Of a stretch of 64,000 nucleotides of DNA, positions 60,901 through 64,000 are shown in pieces. Every line of letters starts with the position of its first letter. The stretch's first letter is position 1. The stretch covers positions 12,774,001 through 12,838,000 of the forward strand of contig NW_024704742.1 in the NCBI RefSeq assembly GCF_018977255.1, given 5' to 3'. The notes below the pieces were generated by a model. The model worked only from the letters and a program-made list of their open reading frames with translations, had not been told where the DNA came from and did not search any database. Source of the DNA: Callorhinchus milii (lineage: Eukaryota). The position numbers were made by a program, and so were the translations under genes.

Positions 60901-61241
60901 AGTTGGGGAGGCCGACAAGCAGGGAGTTTGCATAGTCGAGCCTCAATGAAATGAAAGCGTGTATGAGGGTTTCAGTGGCCTGCGGTGTGAGACAGTGTCG
61001 GAGCCGGGTGACGTTGCGGAGGTGGGGGAAGGTAGAGCAGGTCATGGCACAGATGTGGGGTAGAAAGGATAGTTGAAGGTCAAACAAGTCGCCAAAAGGA
61101 GGGAATATCACTTTAAATGGGAGTGTTTTCCCCTGACTGCAATACCCACCTATACTACTGAGGAACATCGTGATGTACATGACCCGGATTGACCTCCAAC
61201 GGCTGTGATGATCCTTCACCGTTTCAACCAACACCTGTTCA
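45765..61241 (-). CDS. MFSD8: Major facilitator superfamily domain-containing protein 8 (CLN7 lysosomal membrane protein), 11 coding exons, 5'-partial
   Basis: complement join of 61150-61241, 58916-58959, 57586-57826, 56807-56920, 54214-54358, 51742-51791, 51516-51624, 50369-50503, 49779-49882, 46909-47162, 45765-45971 (1495 nt). All introns are GT-AG and in phase. [34 protein letters not shown] and GSAARTLGP motifs. Confidence 0.96.
46909..47162 (-). CDS. MFSD8: MFSD8 exon (254 nt, luminal loop)
   Basis: attgacag|[10 protein letters not shown]...[20 protein letters not shown]...[13 protein letters not shown]|gtgaga. Confidence 0.95.
48987..49283 (+). mobile_element. tRNA-derived SINE, full length
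   Basis: Reverse complement of 766-1069; B box gagttcaattcc; (att)n tail. Confidence 0.85.
49779..49882 (-). CDS. MFSD8: MFSD8 exon (104 nt)
   Basis: tataacag|[34 protein letters not shown]|gtaaag. Confidence 0.95.
50369..50503 (-). CDS. MFSD8: MFSD8 exon (135 nt)
   Basis: ctttgcag|[44 protein letters not shown](R)|gtatga. Confidence 0.95.
51516..51624 (-). CDS. MFSD8: MFSD8 exon (109 nt)
   Basis: tggggcag|[36 protein letters not shown](T)|gtaagt. Confidence 0.9.
51742..51791 (-). CDS. MFSD8: MFSD8 exon (50 nt)
   Basis: ctttgcag|[16 protein letters not shown]|gtaact. Confidence 0.9.
52580..53294 (+). mobile_element. 5'-truncated L2 LINE (distinct subfamily)
   Basis: [15 protein letters not shown]...APRLWNCLP...[11 protein letters not shown]; (gtt)n tail. 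Confidence 0.88.
54214..54358 (-). CDS. MFSD8: MFSD8 exon (145 nt)
   Basis: tgtttcag|[48 protein letters not shown](R)|gtaaat. Confidence 0.95.
54390..54733 (-). mobile_element. tRNA-SINE longer variant, ~30 nt from an MFSD8 acceptor
   Basis: Tail, body and head colinear with other copies. Confidence 0.8.
55850..56100 (-). mobile_element. Old L2 LINE 3' fragment
   Basis: ctatagcaccttt...ggacgtc tail and gttccaga..gcagggctgaatggctgaa body. Confidence 0.6.
56370..56690 (+). repeat. ~320-bp segment, copy 2
   Basis: Colinear with 32425-32747. Confidence 0.9.
56807..56920 (-). CDS. MFSD8: MFSD8 exon (114 nt)
   Basis: tgtttcag|[38 protein letters not shown]|gtaagg. Confidence 0.96.
57586..57826 (-). 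CDS. MFSD8: MFSD8 exon (241 nt)
   Basis: ttgtacag|[35 protein letters not shown]...[10 protein letters not shown]|gtaaga. Confidence 0.96.
58225..58510 (+). mobile_element. DeuSINE fragment
   Basis: gatgagacattaaacagagg...aagatccca...ctggtctcctgggccaacaatcccc, similar to 13910-14210. Confidence 0.6.
58916..58959 (-). CDS. MFSD8: MFSD8 exon (44 nt)
   Basis: ctctgcag|[15 protein letters not shown]|gtttgt. Confidence 0.92.
60388..61090 (-). mobile_element. 5'-truncated L2 LINE
   Basis: [23 protein letters not shown]...[12 protein letters not shown]; (caa)n tail at 60388. Confidence 0.9.
61150..61241 (-). CDS. MFSD8: MFSD8 first visible coding exon
   Basis: ttttgcag|[31 protein letters not shown]|gtgggt. 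Confidence 0.93.
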
Positions 61242-61639
61242 CTGCAAAATAAACCTGTCTTTAAAATCATCACTCATCTCTGTATACTTCATCTTGCCTC
61301 ATTCTACTTGGGATGGGAATCAAGTCAGATAAATCAGCCCATTCATTTGCACACAACACACACAAGTTCAAAGTCTAGACCGACACCACAATGTAGTGCT
61401 GGGCGACAACTGCATTGCCAGAGATGCCGTCCTTCAGATGAGATCTGAAACTGGTGTCCAGGCTGCTTTTTCACATAAATGTTAACGATCCCCTGGCATC
61501 ATTTAAAAGAGAAGTGAGTTTCATCAGATAAAAAAAAATTGATCGTTCACTTCATGGTTGTGGCAAATTGTTGTGCGCATAGTCACTTTACAGAAAAACT
61601 CTTACTAAGGAACTACTGTTTATCCATCTGCTTCCCCAC

Positions 61640-61900
61640 CTTAAGGATTGATGTACATGCAAAAACACGCAAGGTTGAAACATACACGCCAGTGGATAAA
61701 GAACCCTGGACGGGTATCCAAATAAGAAATTTGTGCTTGAAAATGGCAAACTCTGGGATAGCCTCATACCTGTGATTCTTCTGTGTATAAGAGCTTCCAC
61801 CTCTAAACCTACTGGGTTTGCCCCACATGAGGTTGTGACTGAACGGTCCATGAGAATGCCTGAGCACTTATGGTTGATTGAAATGTCCACACCAGAACTG
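61640..61900 (+). mobile_element. Ty3/Gypsy-type integrase remnant
   Basis: TPVDKEPWTGIQI, then ENGKLWDSLIPVILLCIRASTSKPTGFAPHEVVTERSMR (W...L..IR....TG.SP.E pattern). Confidence 0.65.
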
Positions 61901-63759
61901 CAAGACATGGACTGTCCTCTGGAAAGAACCCAATCTGGAAACCCGTTGAGGGCTGGTTGAACTGTGGACACGAGGTAGACAGCGAGGGTCTTTTTAAATG
62001 TTAGCTGGAAGGACTGTCAAACTCTCCCAGAAAAAGGTTCACCACCAATCAATGCTTGATTTGTCTGACGTGGTTGCTGCTTTATATAGTAAATATTAGA
62101 TATTAACCATAGTTCTTCTATTATTTGGCATGTGATCAATAATTTGGAATTGATTGTGACCCTTTCATGTCTACATTGGAATTATTCATGCGTCTCGGTT
62201 ATAACACCCTACAGCCTGCAACTCAGACTTCACGTAAGTCATGTTAAATGTTACGGTCCTGATTGATACGATTTATGTGAGTTTTACTGTATACAGCACA
62301 GGTACTGAGCCAAATGGATATACAACACATGAGGATTTCTGTAAACTGGTATTATTGTTTTAAGTGGTTTGTGATTTTTGATCAAAAGGCATTCCGATCG
62401 ACACCACACTGCTGCTAGCTGATGATCCACACTGCTGTCAGATTTCTGACCTCTATAATGCCCGTTCAAGATTGTTTCTCGTCTCACAATTTCTGACAGC
62501 TTCTCGTGTAACAGCAATCCTTATTGATTCAATGTATAGAGCAATGTCATTACTGATGTTATGATTAGCTGGAAGAGATATCAATAGGGTAGAGGGTTCA
62601 ATTAATAGTTTAGCTTTTTGCTGCCATTTTCTATGAAGCACAGACATCCTGAATTTGCTGGATGTGCAAACGTGAATGACAACTTTAGCTCAATGTTCAA
62701 GCCTTTTTGTCCAACATTTGTGTCATGTAATCTGGACAGATCTTTAACTGGCTTAGTTGATCGGGCTTGTTTAGAAAGCCATTGTTGTCATTCATAAGCA
62801 TGTTGAAAGAAAAATGCAGTCACACACAGAATGTGCAAAATAAACAAAATTCTATTACAGTTTAAGAAAAAAAATTGTCTAAAAACAAAAAAACACTGCA
62901 TTGACTGTGGTACAGTGCACATTGGCTGTGCTGGGTAACACTTTCAATTCAAGCAGAGCACATTATTATGGGATGTCGATTGTCTGACTGGGCACGTGAC
63001 ATGGATCTGAATCTCTTTTTCTAAACAACAAAGTAAACTTAAAGTGGACTTCGCAACCAAGCACAGTGCAACTCTAAATATTGTCGTTTGTTAAAATGTA
63101 GGATCCAAAGAAAATGTTTGAACTTTTCAGTGGTAGGTCTGCGTGGTTACTGTGATACTGTTACATGGGTGGTGAATTACATCTAATTTATAATAAAATA
63201 ATAATAATCCTTGCATTTGAAATAGCATCTTATAATTTATTGGGAAAAGGAGTTGACCAGAAGCCATTAGACCACCAAACAAGAGGAAAAACTATCTATC
63301 AATGCCAGTGATATCAAAACGAGGAACGTCCACTGTATAAAAATGGAAAGTGAGCTCCCCTTCCCCTGATGGTCCAGTGGAGAGGACTAACGTAGCATGA
63401 AGTCTCACAGAACAGAAGCTTCCATGTTCTCAGTCTGTGCTGAGTTAACTGATCTTGGGGCTGTACTAATGACCTCAGCGGCCTGGATTAAAGAAATACA
63501 AATCACCAGTGCTTTTCTCTCCTGACTGCTGTCCAGTGTTGGCAGAGTACGGGTGAGGACAAGGCCAATTTTGACTGCTTCTCCCCGCAGTGTGACAACC
63601 TGCTGTCACATGGCTTCACAACTAATGAAGCAAGTCGCTCCATATACATTTACAAACTGGCTCATAAACCTCCAATAATTAACTTCCGTGTCTCTAGTCC
63701 TTCAAGTGTACATTCATACTTCTCTTCAGCATACAACTGCGTAGCAATGGTGGTGGAGT

Positions 63760-64000
63760 GGGGAGTAAGCGGGTTGGAGAGGTATGGAGATGGCAGGGCA
63801 TGTGAAGGCACTGGCAGCATCACCATCCAGGGATGCACGCTCCACCTCACTGAGCCAGTCTGGAACCTTGGCGTCATGTTTGACCCTCAACTATCCTTTC
63901 TACCCCACATTTGAATCATGATCTGCTATGCCTTTCCCCACCTCCGCAAAATTGTCCAGCTCCGCCACTACCTCACCCCTCAGACCGTCGAAACCCTTAT
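63760..64000 (+). mobile_element. L2 LINE fragment running off the window edge
   Basis: gccagtctggaaccttggcgtcatgtttgaccctcaactatccttt, colinear with 11020-11200. Confidence 0.8.

Noticed and set aside
60704..61273. 189-aa ORF that looks like an MFSD8-LINE fusion
   Set aside because: The MFSD8 exon has a GT donor right after 61150 whose phase fits the next exon; the rest is chance in-frame read-through into an intronic L2.
61242..64000. Search for the first MFSD8 coding exon and promoter
   Set aside because: No CpG island or acidic-dileucine N-terminus found; probably outside the window.
1..64000. CRISPR arrays, operons or other prokaryotic systems
   Set aside because: The sequence is spliceosomal-intron-containing vertebrate DNA; the recurring ~30-60 bp motifs are dispersed SINE/LINE tails, not regularly spaced repeats.

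Overview
Eukaryotic, intron-rich vertebrate DNA. The repeat content (tRNA-Ala-headed SINE with an (ATT)n tail, L2 LINE with a (GTT)n tail, CR1 LINEs, DeuSINE, Penelope-type end) points to a cartilaginous fish; this is inference. The window holds three genes. (1) A complete 16-exon PLK4 on the + strand (ATG 17051, stop 39867; the exons join in phase to 2958 nt = 985 aa) with a CpG-island promoter. (2) Eleven coding exons of MFSD8/CLN7 on the - strand (61241 down to the stop at 45765), convergent with PLK4; its first coding exon was not found and probably lies beyond the right edge. (3) A WDR95/WDR49-family WD40 gene remnant on the - strand (7 exons, 14622 down to 551) that the ORF track essentially misses. 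It is head-to-head with PLK4 and carries two frameshifts and a GT>AT donor, so it looks like an unprocessed pseudogene, possibly a decaying whole-genome-duplication paralogue of WDR95. Other notable signals: a CRE + CDE/CHR module and a strong-Kozak uORF upstream of PLK4, a ~320 bp segment shared between a PLK4 intron and an MFSD8 intron, a duplicated 3' splice site, a near-full-length CR1, a degenerate Penelope hammerhead motif and a 1 kb GT/GGGT repeat with CpG-rich flanks. All exon boundaries were read by eye; repeat boundaries are approximate; family names come from recalled similarity, not from database searches.
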